From positions 30,519 to 42,886 of the forward strand of contig CAXTKV010000014.1 in the NCBI GenBank assembly GCA_964244895.1: DNA of 12,368 bases. The letters run 5' to 3'. A program made the position numbers and the translations under genes. Below, in pieces: positions 1-6,796 of this stretch (positions within the stretch are counted from its first letter, which is position 1; the number at the start of each line of letters is the position of its first letter). The notes under the pieces were generated by a model, which had not been told where the DNA came from, made no database searches, and was given only the letters and a program-made list of their open reading frames with translations. The DNA comes from an uncultured Deinococcales bacterium. GTDB lineage: Bacteria; Deinococcota; Deinococci; Deinococcales; JAAFIG01.

Positions 1-48
1 CACTGATCGCAGAGCGCGCAGCGCACTGAGGTTCGAGAAATCGATGCT

Positions 49-104
49 TCGAGAACACCGTCCAGCACGCATTCCTGAATTCGCGTCCAGGACGGTGTTC
101 TCGA
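49..104. repeat. REP-like inverted doublet of the intergenic palindromic repeat family
   Basis: Perfect 15-bp inverted repeat TCGAGAACACCGTCC (49-63) / GGACGGTGTTCTCGA (90-104), extended inward by ACGC/GCGT. It sits immediately downstream of the stop of the 106..546 gene. The 21-mer at 83-103 is identical to 8872-8892. Confidence 0.85.
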
Positions 105-105
105 G

Positions 106-546
106 CTAGCGCATGGTTGTGTACAGCATCCACACCACCAACGCCCCGCGCAGCGTCCAGGCGATGGTGCGAATCCAGTTCGTGTCCACCAGCGTCCGGT
201 AGGCGCGCTGATCGAAACCAGCGGACAGAATCGCGTGCTGCGGCACGCTGACGAATCCCGTCACGAACCACACCAGCCCGACCAGCGCAGCACCGACCCA
301 GAGCGTCCAGGGCGGAATCCCATCGGGTCGCGCGAGCAACAACCAGCCTGCGGTGACCATTTCCAGGAGCATGGCGGGGCCGACGATCACACTGATGCGG
401 TTGCTGTGCGCGGCCTCGAAGGCGCTGAAGTTGGCGCGATCCGCCATGTTAAAGAGCGGGTAGTGCACGACCTGCACCATCCAGATCAGTCCGACCAGAA
501 ACAGCGTCGCGGCGGCGTTCGTGAGCAGGACGAGTTTCGTTTCCAT
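106..546 (-). CDS. Conserved hypothetical integral membrane protein (about 4 TM helices, 146 aa)
   Basis: ATG-TAG ORF with four hydrophobic segments and a GLIWMVQVVHYPLF motif typical of a widespread uncharacterised membrane family. TAGAAT -10 box 8 nt upstream of the ATG. Confidence 0.85.
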   Translation of the reverse strand: METKLVLLTNAAATLFLVGLIWMVQVVHYPLFNMADRANFSAFEAAHSNRISVIVGPAMLLEMVTAGWLLLARPDGIPPWTLWVGAALVGLVWFVTGFVSVPQHAILSAGFDQRAYRTLVDTNWIRTIAWTLRGALVVWMLYTTMR

Positions 547-554
547 TCAGCGCA

Positions 555-560
555 ATTCTA
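555..560 (-). promoter_or_regulatory. -10 box (TAGAAT) of a probable leaderless transcript
   Basis: The minus strand reads TAGAAT-TGCGCTGA-ATG, with no Shine-Dalgarno sequence. Confidence 0.55.
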
Positions 561-587
561 GTCGGAGGGCGCGAGCGCGAAATTGCT

Positions 588-1586
588 TCAGGTTCGAGTT
601 GGCGAGTTCGAGTCAGACAGTTCGGGTTGCCTGATTTGATTTGAAGCCAGGCTCTTGCGGTTGCGTTTGTCCTCGTAAAGCTTCGTGTCGGCGGCGTGCA
701 TGGCCGCGTTCAGATCGCGTTCCAGACGCGCCCAGCCCGCCGATACGCTCGGGAATCGGCGGCGCGCGCGGGCGATCAGGGCTTCGGGCGCGGTGCGCGT
801 CAGGCTGACGAATTCGTCGCCACCGGTGCGGTAGGAAGTGTCGTGAAGTTCCAGCGATTCGGACAGGGCTCTGGTGAATTCCATCAGGTATTCGTCACCA
901 GCCCTGTGCCCGAGCGTGTCGTTGACGCGTTTCAGGTCGTCCATGTCCCAGAGCGTCAACCAGCAACCGTCGAAGGCCGTGTAGTCCGCCTCGAGCGCGC
1001 GGCGGTTGCCCAATCCGGTCATGGCATCCATCAGGGCGCTCCGCTCGAGTTTCGCGTGGGCTTGCACGAGTTGGTCGAGCACGTAGCGGGTCAGGCTGCC
1101 GAACATGCCGATACTGAAGATGACGTTGGCTCCGGCCAGCAGTTGCAAGCTGTTGCCGCCGTGACCGAGGGTCAAAAGCGCGATCGCGGTTCCCGCGACG
1201 ACGCCGAACCAGCGAGCGAACAACCCGAGCGAAAACAGTATTGACCCGGAAAGCAATATTCGCGTGGTCGGTGAGGCGTCCAGCCCACGGATCACGTCCG
1301 CCTGTGCGCTCAGCCCGAGCGCCGAGATCGGCAGCAGTCCGAGCAAGCACACCGCGACCGCCGCTTTGGGCCAGCGGATCGCCAGGGCGCGGCAAAGGCT
1401 CAACCAGCCGAGCAGCACGATCAGATCGCTAAATCCGCTCTCGAGCCAACGCTCAGGATGCAGAATCACGGGAGCGTGCAACGGCAAAAACACGATCAAC
1501 GAGCCGAACAGCAGCCACCACAGCGCGCGCCGCAGCCATTCGAGCAGCCTGGCGGGCCTGATGTCGAGTTTCGGTGAGATCGGCAC
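588..1586 (-). CDS. Membrane-anchored GGDEF-domain protein (diguanylate cyclase)
   Basis: N-terminal multi-TM region, then D-x-x-TGLGNRRAL, DMDDLKRVNDTLGHRAGDEYL and an intact YRTGGDEF active-site motif. The GTG start is preceded by TAGATT plus 6 nt. Confidence 0.9.
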   Translation of the reverse strand: MPISPKLDIRPARLLEWLRRALWWLLFGSLIVFLPLHAPVILHPERWLESGFSDLIVLLGWLSLCRALAIRWPKAAVAVCLLGLLPISALGLSAQADVIRGLDASPTTRILLSGSILFSLGLFARWFGVVAGTAIALLTLGHGGNSLQLLAGANVIFSIGMFGSLTRYVLDQLVQAHAKLERSALMDAMTGLGNRRALEADYTAFDGCWLTLWDMDDLKRVNDTLGHRAGDEYLMEFTRALSESLELHDTSYRTGGDEFVSLTRTAPEALIARARRRFPSVSAGWARLERDLNAAMHAADTKLYEDKRNRKSLASNQIRQPELSDSNSPTRT

Positions 1587-1592
1587 GGTTTG

Positions 1593-1598
1593 AATCTA
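1593..1598 (-). promoter_or_regulatory. -10 box (TAGATT) of a probable leaderless transcript
   Basis: The minus strand reads TAGATT-CAAACC-GTG, with no Shine-Dalgarno sequence. Confidence 0.5.
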
Positions 1599-1689
1599 AC
1601 GGATTTGCGCGTCCAGGTTCACGAAAATCCAGCAGGAGAAGAGCGAAATAGCGCGTGCTGGATGGCCTCGAGCGGAGCTTCACGCAAAG

Positions 1690-1740
1690 GAACACCGTCC
1701 GGGACGCAGTTACAAATACGCGTCCTGAACGGTGTTCTCG
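1690..1740. repeat. REP-like inverted doublet (same family)
   Basis: GAACACCGTCCGGGACGC (1690-1707) and GCGTCCTGAACGGTGTTC (1720-1737) form an 18-bp inverted repeat with 2 mismatches. A partial copy GCGTGCTGGATGG lies at 1653-1665. Confidence 0.8.
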
Positions 1741-1751
1741 GGGCTCAACGC

Positions 1752-1773
1752 CCGCCAGCCGCGCGGCTGGCGG
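1752..1773 (-). terminator. GC-rich hairpin downstream of the ASPIC-UnbV gene (possible terminator or 3' stabiliser)
   Basis: Perfect 9-bp stem CCGCCAGCC-gcgc-GGCTGGCGG about 16 nt after the stop codon. It lacks a clear U-tract. Confidence 0.4.
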
Positions 1774-1789
1774 CTCGAGCTGAACGAGT

Positions 1790-3445
1790 TTATTTTGCTG
1801 GAATCCAGATGCGCGCCGATTGATCCCGCTCGAGGATCACGAACTGGTCGGCGCGCAAGCTTTCCCACGCACCGGCCTTGCTGTCGGGCCAGCGCACGCG
1901 CACCTGCGCGGATTCCGCGTCACCCAATCCGACGTGAATCCAACCGATGGAACCGCTGGCGTGTCCACCGCCGATGGTTCGCTCGCGCCGGATGGTGCGT
2001 GCGCCCAGTTTGACCTCGAGCCACGCACCAATGGCGTCACGGTTCGCGCCGGGTTGCTGGAGCTCGACCTGCAACCAGTGGCCGATCGGTGCGGGTGTTT
2101 CCACCGTGCCCGCGCCGAGGTTGCGCCAGACTTGCGCCTCGTCCCAACGGTTGACCACGACCAGATCGAGCAGCCCATCGGCGTTCAGATCGACCACCGC
2201 CGCACCGCGTCCGCGTCTGGTGCTGGCGATGCCCGCCTTGTCGCCGACCTCGAGAAAGCGCCCGTCGGCCTGCCCCAGCAGCAGGTTGTTCGGGTCTTCT
2301 TTCGCAAAATCCGGCATCTCAGCCACGTTGCCCTTGCTGATAAACAAATCGATCAGGCCGTCGTTGTTGATGTCCTCGAATTGCGCGTGCCAGCCGGTAG
2401 ACGGGTAGGTGTTATCGCCCACGTAGGGTCGGTGCGCGGTCGCGCCGCGTTTGAAAGCCTCGTCCGCGAAGCTCGGGGCGGTCGGGCTGGTGCGGATCTG
2501 AAGTTTGCTGTCCGCCATGCTGGTCAGGAAGTAATCGGGCAGGCCGTCGCCGTTGACATCCGTACTGGCGATGCCCATGCCCCAGACCTGAAGTTTCTTC
2601 CAGCCTTCCGCTTCCGTGTACGCTCGCGGCGGCATGCCGGGCGTCATTTTCCAGAGTTGTTCCTGGCCGCCCTTGTAGTATTCACGGTCGTTGCTGACGC
2701 GAAGCGCGGGCGTGCCGGAGCGGTTCCAGTCGGTGAACAGCATCGAGAGCGAGCAGAAGGATGGCTTGAGTACCTGCGGCGCATCGAATCCCGTACCGCC
2801 CGCGTTGGGGCGCATCAGCCAGTTGTCGGTGCAGTGGCCCCACGGGAAATCTTCTTTGGTGCGATCGATGTAGCTGCCCACGGCCAGCGTCGGCCAGTTC
2901 CGGTCGCGTTCCCAGGTGGCGGAAAACGCGACGTGCCAGGCGTCGCCGCCGTCGAAACCCCAGTCCTCGTTGGCGCGCTCGAACTGGCAGTTGCCCAGGC
3001 CGCGGTAAAGCACGTTCTCGCCGACGCGCAGCACGGCCAGGTCGGTGATGCCGTCGCCGTCCACGTCCAACGGGTACGCGCCCGTCACGTCCGTCATCTC
3101 GAGCCCGGAGGGTTGCTCCACGAATTTCAGCGCGCCGCCGATAGCGCTGGCGTTGCGGTAGAACTTCGATGCGTTGGTTCCGCCCGCCAGATACAGGTCG
3201 GGCAGGCCATCGTTGTTGCAATCGAAGCTCGCCACGCCGCCGCCGACCATGAATTGCCAGTCGCCGTCATAGCGGCTCGAGAGGCCGGAGGACGCGGTTT
3301 CCTCGGTGAAGTTGGGCGCGACTGGAAGCTGGTTTTGCGCGCGCGCCGCGATCACCAGTCCGAGCGCGAGCGCCAGACTCGAGGCGATGGGCTTCACGCG
3401 CGACGGCTTTCGAGCGGTGACTCGAGGTAGCGAACGGTCGGTCAT
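1790..3445 (-). CDS. Secreted FG-GAP/VCBS-repeat beta-propeller with C-terminal ASPIC/UnbV domain (CRTAC1-family protein)
   Basis: Signal peptide ending IAARA-Q. Repeated DxNxDGxxD Ca-binding loops (DCNNDGLPD, DVDGDGITD, DVNGDGLPD, DINNDGLID, DLNADGLLD). C-terminal DAIGAWLEV...GGGHASGS...HVGLG...VRWPD is typical of ASPIC/UnbV. An alternative GTG start at 3397 is possible. Confidence 0.9.
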   Translation of the reverse strand: MTDRSLPRVTARKPSRVKPIASSLALALGLVIAARAQNQLPVAPNFTEETASSGLSSRYDGDWQFMVGGGVASFDCNNDGLPDLYLAGGTNASKFYRNASAIGGALKFVEQPSGLEMTDVTGAYPLDVDGDGITDLAVLRVGENVLYRGLGNCQFERANEDWGFDGGDAWHVAFSATWERDRNWPTLAVGSYIDRTKEDFPWGHCTDNWLMRPNAGGTGFDAPQVLKPSFCSLSMLFTDWNRSGTPALRVSNDREYYKGGQEQLWKMTPGMPPRAYTEAEGWKKLQVWGMGIASTDVNGDGLPDYFLTSMADSKLQIRTSPTAPSFADEAFKRGATAHRPYVGDNTYPSTGWHAQFEDINNDGLIDLFISKGNVAEMPDFAKEDPNNLLLGQADGRFLEVGDKAGIASTRRGRGAAVVDLNADGLLDLVVVNRWDEAQVWRNLGAGTVETPAPIGHWLQVELQQPGANRDAIGAWLEVKLGARTIRRERTIGGGHASGSIGWIHVGLGDAESAQVRVRWPDSKAGAWESLRADQFVILERDQSARIWIPAK

Positions 3446-3546
3446 GCGCGCAGTATTTCACGCCGCGCAAGGACTTTTTGAGCGAACGGCACGGTTGCAA
3501 AAATCGAGAATCCCAGCGTACCAGACGAATCCGGATTGCAATTCAT

Positions 3547-3636
3547 CGTGTACGACGGTGTTCTTAGGACTACGAGAACACCGTCCAGCACGGTGTTTCT
3601 CGAGCAAATCATTTTATGCGTCCAGCACGGTGTTTC
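3547..3636. repeat. Cluster of three copies of the REP-like repeat
   Basis: CGTGTACGACGGTGTTCT (3547-3564), the full palindrome CGAGAACACCGTCCAGCACGGTGTTTCTCG (3573-3602) and GCGTCCAGCACGGTGTTTC (3618-3636), all between xylR and the ASPIC-UnbV gene. Confidence 0.85.
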
Positions 3637-3662
3637 CCAAAAATCGGCCATCCGCAGGAGGT

Positions 3663-4853
3663 TCATTCCGTTTCCGCTGCCTGCAACAAGCGGTGCCAGG
3701 CGAAACCCGCCGCACCCATCGCGGGCGCGTCCAGGCCGTGCTCAACGCGCTCAACGATGATCGTGCGGTGCGATTTGCCGAACAGACGGCGCTGCATCTC
3801 GTCGCGCGCGGGTTCCAGAAGCGCCTCGCCGAGTTCCGCGACCCGACCGCCGACGATCACGACTTCCGGGTCGAGGGTGTTGACCAGGTTGCCCATGAAC
3901 ACACCCAGGTGCCGCGCTGCCCGAGCCACCACACTTTCCGCGATGGGATCGCCGCGCCCGAGGCGTTCCTTGATGCCAAAAATGCTGACGCGCTCACCGG
4001 TTTCCTTGTGCATCTCGCGTTCCAGCGCGGTCAAGCTGAACAGCGTCTCGGCGCAACCGCGATTACCGCACGAGCACTTCGGGCCGTTCGGCACGATCGT
4101 GACGTGCCCGATCTCTCCGGCAAAACCGTGGCGGCCCCGGTACAGCCTATGGTCGTGAATCAATCCTCCGCCGATGCCGTGCGCCAGGTGAATGTACAGA
4201 ATATGGCCGCAACCCCGGTGCGCTCCGAACAGATATTCGCTCATCGCTGCCAGGTTCGATTCGTTGTCCACGAAAACGCGATCCGGCGCGATAAACGGCA
4301 GGTGTTCGCTCGCCAGGCGCTGCATCGGGATGTCCTCCCAGCCGATGTTCGGCGCGAACGTCAACAGGCCGCGCTCGAGATCGACCGGCCCCAGCACGCC
4401 GATGCCGACGCCCAGCACCTCGCGCCCCTGCGCCACCGCTTTGGCCTCGAGCTTGCGCGCGGCCAGTTCCAGTCGGTTGAGCGTCTCGCGCAGGTTGTAA
4501 ACTTCGCCCTCCTGATGGACGGTTCCCAGGCGCGCACCGTAAGGGTCGATGCTGACGGCATTCAGCCGCGTCACGTCCAGTTCAAACCCGATCAGCGCGA
4601 AGCGTTCCGCGTTGATTCTCAACGGAATCGAAGGGCGTCCCGGCGCGCTGGTGCCGCTCGAGTCGCCATCGAACAACCAGCCTTCCTGAATTAAATCCTG
4701 CGCCAGCAAACTGACGGCAGATTTGGTGATACCGATGCGGGACGCGAGTTCGCTCCTCGAGATGCCGGGGTGCTTCCAGACCAGACGAATGACCGCCGCG
4801 TGGTTCAGGCGGCGCAACAACGGGTGGTCTCCAGCCAGGGGTCTGGTCGTCAC
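3663..4853 (-). CDS. xylR: ROK-family transcriptional repressor (XylR-like)
   Basis: N-terminal HTH (ISRSELASRIGITKSAVS...GRP) and ROK motifs DNESNLAAMSE, GIGGGLI, GFAGEIGH plus Zn motif CSCGNRGCAE. Divergent from xylFHG. GTG at 4853 is preferred over TTG at 4859 because AAGGA lies 6 nt upstream of it. Confidence 0.88.
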   Translation of the reverse strand: MTTRPLAGDHPLLRRLNHAAVIRLVWKHPGISRSELASRIGITKSAVSLLAQDLIQEGWLFDGDSSGTSAPGRPSIPLRINAERFALIGFELDVTRLNAVSIDPYGARLGTVHQEGEVYNLRETLNRLELAARKLEAKAVAQGREVLGVGIGVLGPVDLERGLLTFAPNIGWEDIPMQRLASEHLPFIAPDRVFVDNESNLAAMSEYLFGAHRGCGHILYIHLAHGIGGGLIHDHRLYRGRHGFAGEIGHVTIVPNGPKCSCGNRGCAETLFSLTALEREMHKETGERVSIFGIKERLGRGDPIAESVVARAARHLGVFMGNLVNTLDPEVVIVGGRVAELGEALLEPARDEMQRRLFGKSHRTIIVERVEHGLDAPAMGAAGFAWHRLLQAAETE

Positions 4854-4900
4854 GGACAATCCTTGAGCGGTGCGTCCTGAGGGGCGCGACTCGCCTGAAA

Positions 4901-4945
4901 TAGTTCAGATGGTGAACATAATACCCAAAGCCCCGGATTCCACAA
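4901..4945 (-). promoter_or_regulatory. Putative xylR promoter (TTGTGG-N16-TATTAT) with adjacent palindromic operator GTTCA-N5-TGAAC
   Basis: Minus-strand -35 at 4945-4940 and -10 at 4923-4918. The inverted repeat at 4903-4917 lies directly downstream. TAGTTCAGAT (4901-4910) matches the xylF operator half-site TAGTTCAAAT at 9/10. Confidence 0.55.
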
Positions 4946-5114
4946 GCTCGAGCCCGGACGAAAAACCTCGGGGGCGACCCCGAAATACGAAAAAAACCCC
5001 GTGCACCACGGAGTAAAGCTGGTTCAAAACTCTAAATCGTCACGGAATGCACGAAATTCCCGCCCGACCAGCATGGAGTTCCAAAAACGCGACAGACAAA
5101 TCTTCGGGAATCAT

Positions 5115-5145
5115 AAAACACCGCTCTGGACAGCGTTTTCTCGAG
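5115..5145. repeat. Degenerate copy of the REP-like repeat
   Basis: AAAACACCGCTCTGGACAGCGTTTTCTCGAG resembles AACACCGTCCAGCACGGTGTTTCTCGAG (3577-3604). Confidence 0.5.
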
Positions 5146-5197
5146 ACGCACCGATCCTGAACGGCCTTCATGCGACCTTTAGCGTTCCGGGCGGCAC

Positions 5198-5227
5198 TTG
5201 ACACGGTTTCTCGGGCGTGACTATCAT
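5198..5227 (+). promoter_or_regulatory. Sigma70-type promoter of the xylFHG operon
   Basis: TTGACA (5198-5203), an 18-nt spacer, then TATCAT (5222-5227). Confidence 0.75.
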
Positions 5228-5251
5228 TCGTTTGTCGCAAATTTGAACTAA
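5227..5251. promoter_or_regulatory. Putative XylR operator overlapping the predicted transcription start
   Basis: The 25-bp imperfect palindrome TTCGTTTGTC-GCAAA-TTTGAACTAA resembles the Firmicute XylR operator pattern TTAGTTTGTT-N5-AACAAACTAA as I recall it. Its position is typical of a repressor site. Confidence 0.6.
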
Positions 5252-5388
5252 CCCGGAACCACCCGCACGGCGCACTGTCATGCGGCAAAGAACCGGGCGC
5301 TTTTGCCAGAATGGTGGTTTGCAGTAAGCTTCGGCGTACCCGCAATTCCAGAAATTCTTGAAATGCCAAAAGTTTGGCAGGAGGTTGT

Positions 5389-6444
5389 ATGAAGAAATGG
5401 CAACTCGGAGCAATTGGGGCACTCACCGCAGGCATGATGGGCGCGTACATCACCACCGCAGCCACCGCACAGAGCGGTCTGGTCGTCGGCGTGAGCTGGT
5501 CGAACTTCCAGGAAGAGCGCTGGAAAACCGACGAAGCCGCCATCAAGGGCGCACTCGCCAAGGAAGGCGCGACCTACGTCAGCGCCGACGCCGCATCCTC
5601 GGCTGAAAAGCAACTCAACGACGTGAACAGCCTGATCGCCAAGGGCGCAAAAGCCCTGATCATCCTCGCGCAGGACAAAGACGCCATCGGCCCGGCCATC
5701 GCCGCCGCCAAGGCCGCCAAGATCCCGGTCTTGGGCTACGACCGCCTGATCGAAGACCCTTACGCCTTCTACCTGACCTTCGACAACGTCGAAGTCGGAC
5801 GCATCATGGGTCGCGAAGTCCTGAAGAAGGTTCCCAAGGGCAACTACGCGTTCATCAAGGGTGATCCGGGCGATCCGAACGCCGAATTCGTTTACGGCGG
5901 TCAGTACGAAATCCTCAAGGCAGCCATCGATAAGGGCGACATCAAGGTCGTCGGCACGCAAGCGACCGACGGCTGGAAGCCAGACGTTGCCCAGAAGAAC
6001 ATGGAAGGCATCCTGACCAAGAACGCCAACAAGGTCGATGCAGTCATGTCCAGCAACGACGGCATGGCGGGCGGCGCTGTCGCAGCCCTGACGGCAGTCG
6101 GTCTGGCTGGCAAAGTGGCCGTCTCCGGTCAGGACGGCGACCTCGGCGCGCTCAACCGCGTCGCGCTCGGCACGCAGACCGTCAGCGTCTGGAAGGATTC
6201 ACGCGCACTCGGCACCGCCGCTGGCGAAATCGCCGTGGAACTGGCCAAGGGTATGGCCTCCGACAAGGTCAAGGGCGCGAAGCCGTTCTCTGACGGCCCC
6301 AAGAAGGTCAAGATGAACGCCGTGCTGCTCGCACCAGTCGGTATCACGTCCGCCAACCTGAAGGTTGTGCTGGACGCTGGCTGGATCAAGAAGGACGTGC
6401 TGTGCAAGGGCGTCGACGCGGCGAAAGTCGCCGTCTGCAAGTAA
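5389..6444 (+). CDS. xylF: D-xylose ABC transporter substrate-binding protein
   Basis: AGGAGG RBS (5379-5384) before the ATG, a signal peptide, and XylF-type motifs VGVSWSNFQEERWKTDE, GYDRLI, FDNVEVG, DPNA, SSNDGMAGG, VSGQDGD, QTVSVWKD. Confidence 0.92.
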   Translation: MKKWQLGAIGALTAGMMGAYITTAATAQSGLVVGVSWSNFQEERWKTDEAAIKGALAKEGATYVSADAASSAEKQLNDVNSLIAKGAKALIILAQDKDAIGPAIAAAKAAKIPVLGYDRLIEDPYAFYLTFDNVEVGRIMGREVLKKVPKGNYAFIKGDPGDPNAEFVYGGQYEILKAAIDKGDIKVVGTQATDGWKPDVAQKNMEGILTKNANKVDAVMSSNDGMAGGAVAALTAVGLAGKVAVSGQDGDLGALNRVALGTQTVSVWKDSRALGTAAGEIAVELAKGMASDKVKGAKPFSDGPKKVKMNAVLLAPVGITSANLKVVLDAGWIKKDVLCKGVDAAKVAVCK

Positions 6445-6465
6445 GCTGAAGCCCTGAAGATCTGG

Positions 6466-6511
6466 CGCGGGCGGGCACGCGATTTCGTGTGCCCGCCCGC
6501 GTTTCTGGTTT
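6466..6511 (+). terminator. Strong stem-loop after xylF (intrinsic terminator or mRNA stabiliser)
   Basis: CGCGGGCGGGCACGCGA (6466-6482) pairs with TCGTGTGCCCGCCCGCG (6485-6501), with one G-U pair, and is followed by TTTCTGGTTT. Confidence 0.75.
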
Positions 6512-6651
6512 AGAAGCTCGAAAGCTGGCGGCATTCTCGAGCGAATTGATCGACTGTTCTCGAACCAGATCGAAGCGCTCTCGAAGCAAATTGACGCTCA
6601 AAGCCTTAAGATCAACCTCGAGAAGCACCTCCGGGCCTTTGAGTAATAGAG

Positions 6652-6683
6652 TTAGAAATCGCATCCTGGATGGTCTTTTCTAA
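6652..6683. repeat. Degenerate copy of the REP-like repeat
   Basis: TTAGAAATCGCATCCTGGATGGTCTTTTCTAA has terminal inverted repeats TTAGAAA/TTTCTAA. Its core CATCCTGGATG equals CGTCCTGGACG with two symmetric transitions. Confidence 0.4.
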
Positions 6684-6796
6684 GATGCGAAAGCTCTGAA
6701 AATAACATCCTCTTTTGCTCGAGACTTCTTTCGGGCGCAACCAGCCGAAACCCTGAGCCGATTCACGAACGATGCGCACAGCATCTCGAGGGAGCG

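Noticed and set aside
1820..3430. 536-aa plus-strand ORF
   Set aside because: It is an antisense shadow of the ASPIC-UnbV gene. It has no recognisable motifs and is expected from high GC3 codon bias.
3547..3636. Repeat cluster as a mini CRISPR array
   Set aside because: The copies differ in length and architecture, the spacers are 8-15 nt and irregular, the same unit is dispersed across the window, and no cas genes are present.
3442..3666. 74-aa minus-strand ORF bridging the xylR stop and the ASPIC-UnbV start (ATGA overlaps at both ends)
   Set aside because: The double overlap is curious, but the ORF is largely translated REP repeats (RNTVLDGVL) with no coding signature. It is most likely chance, although ribosome profiling could test it.
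3726..3741. GCGTCCAGG partial match to the repeat core inside xylR
   Set aside because: It is a short match lacking the ACGGTGTT arm and is compatible with chance in GC-rich coding DNA.
3306..4694. 462-aa plus-strand ORF
   Set aside because: It is antisense to xylR, runs through REP repeats and shows no family motifs.
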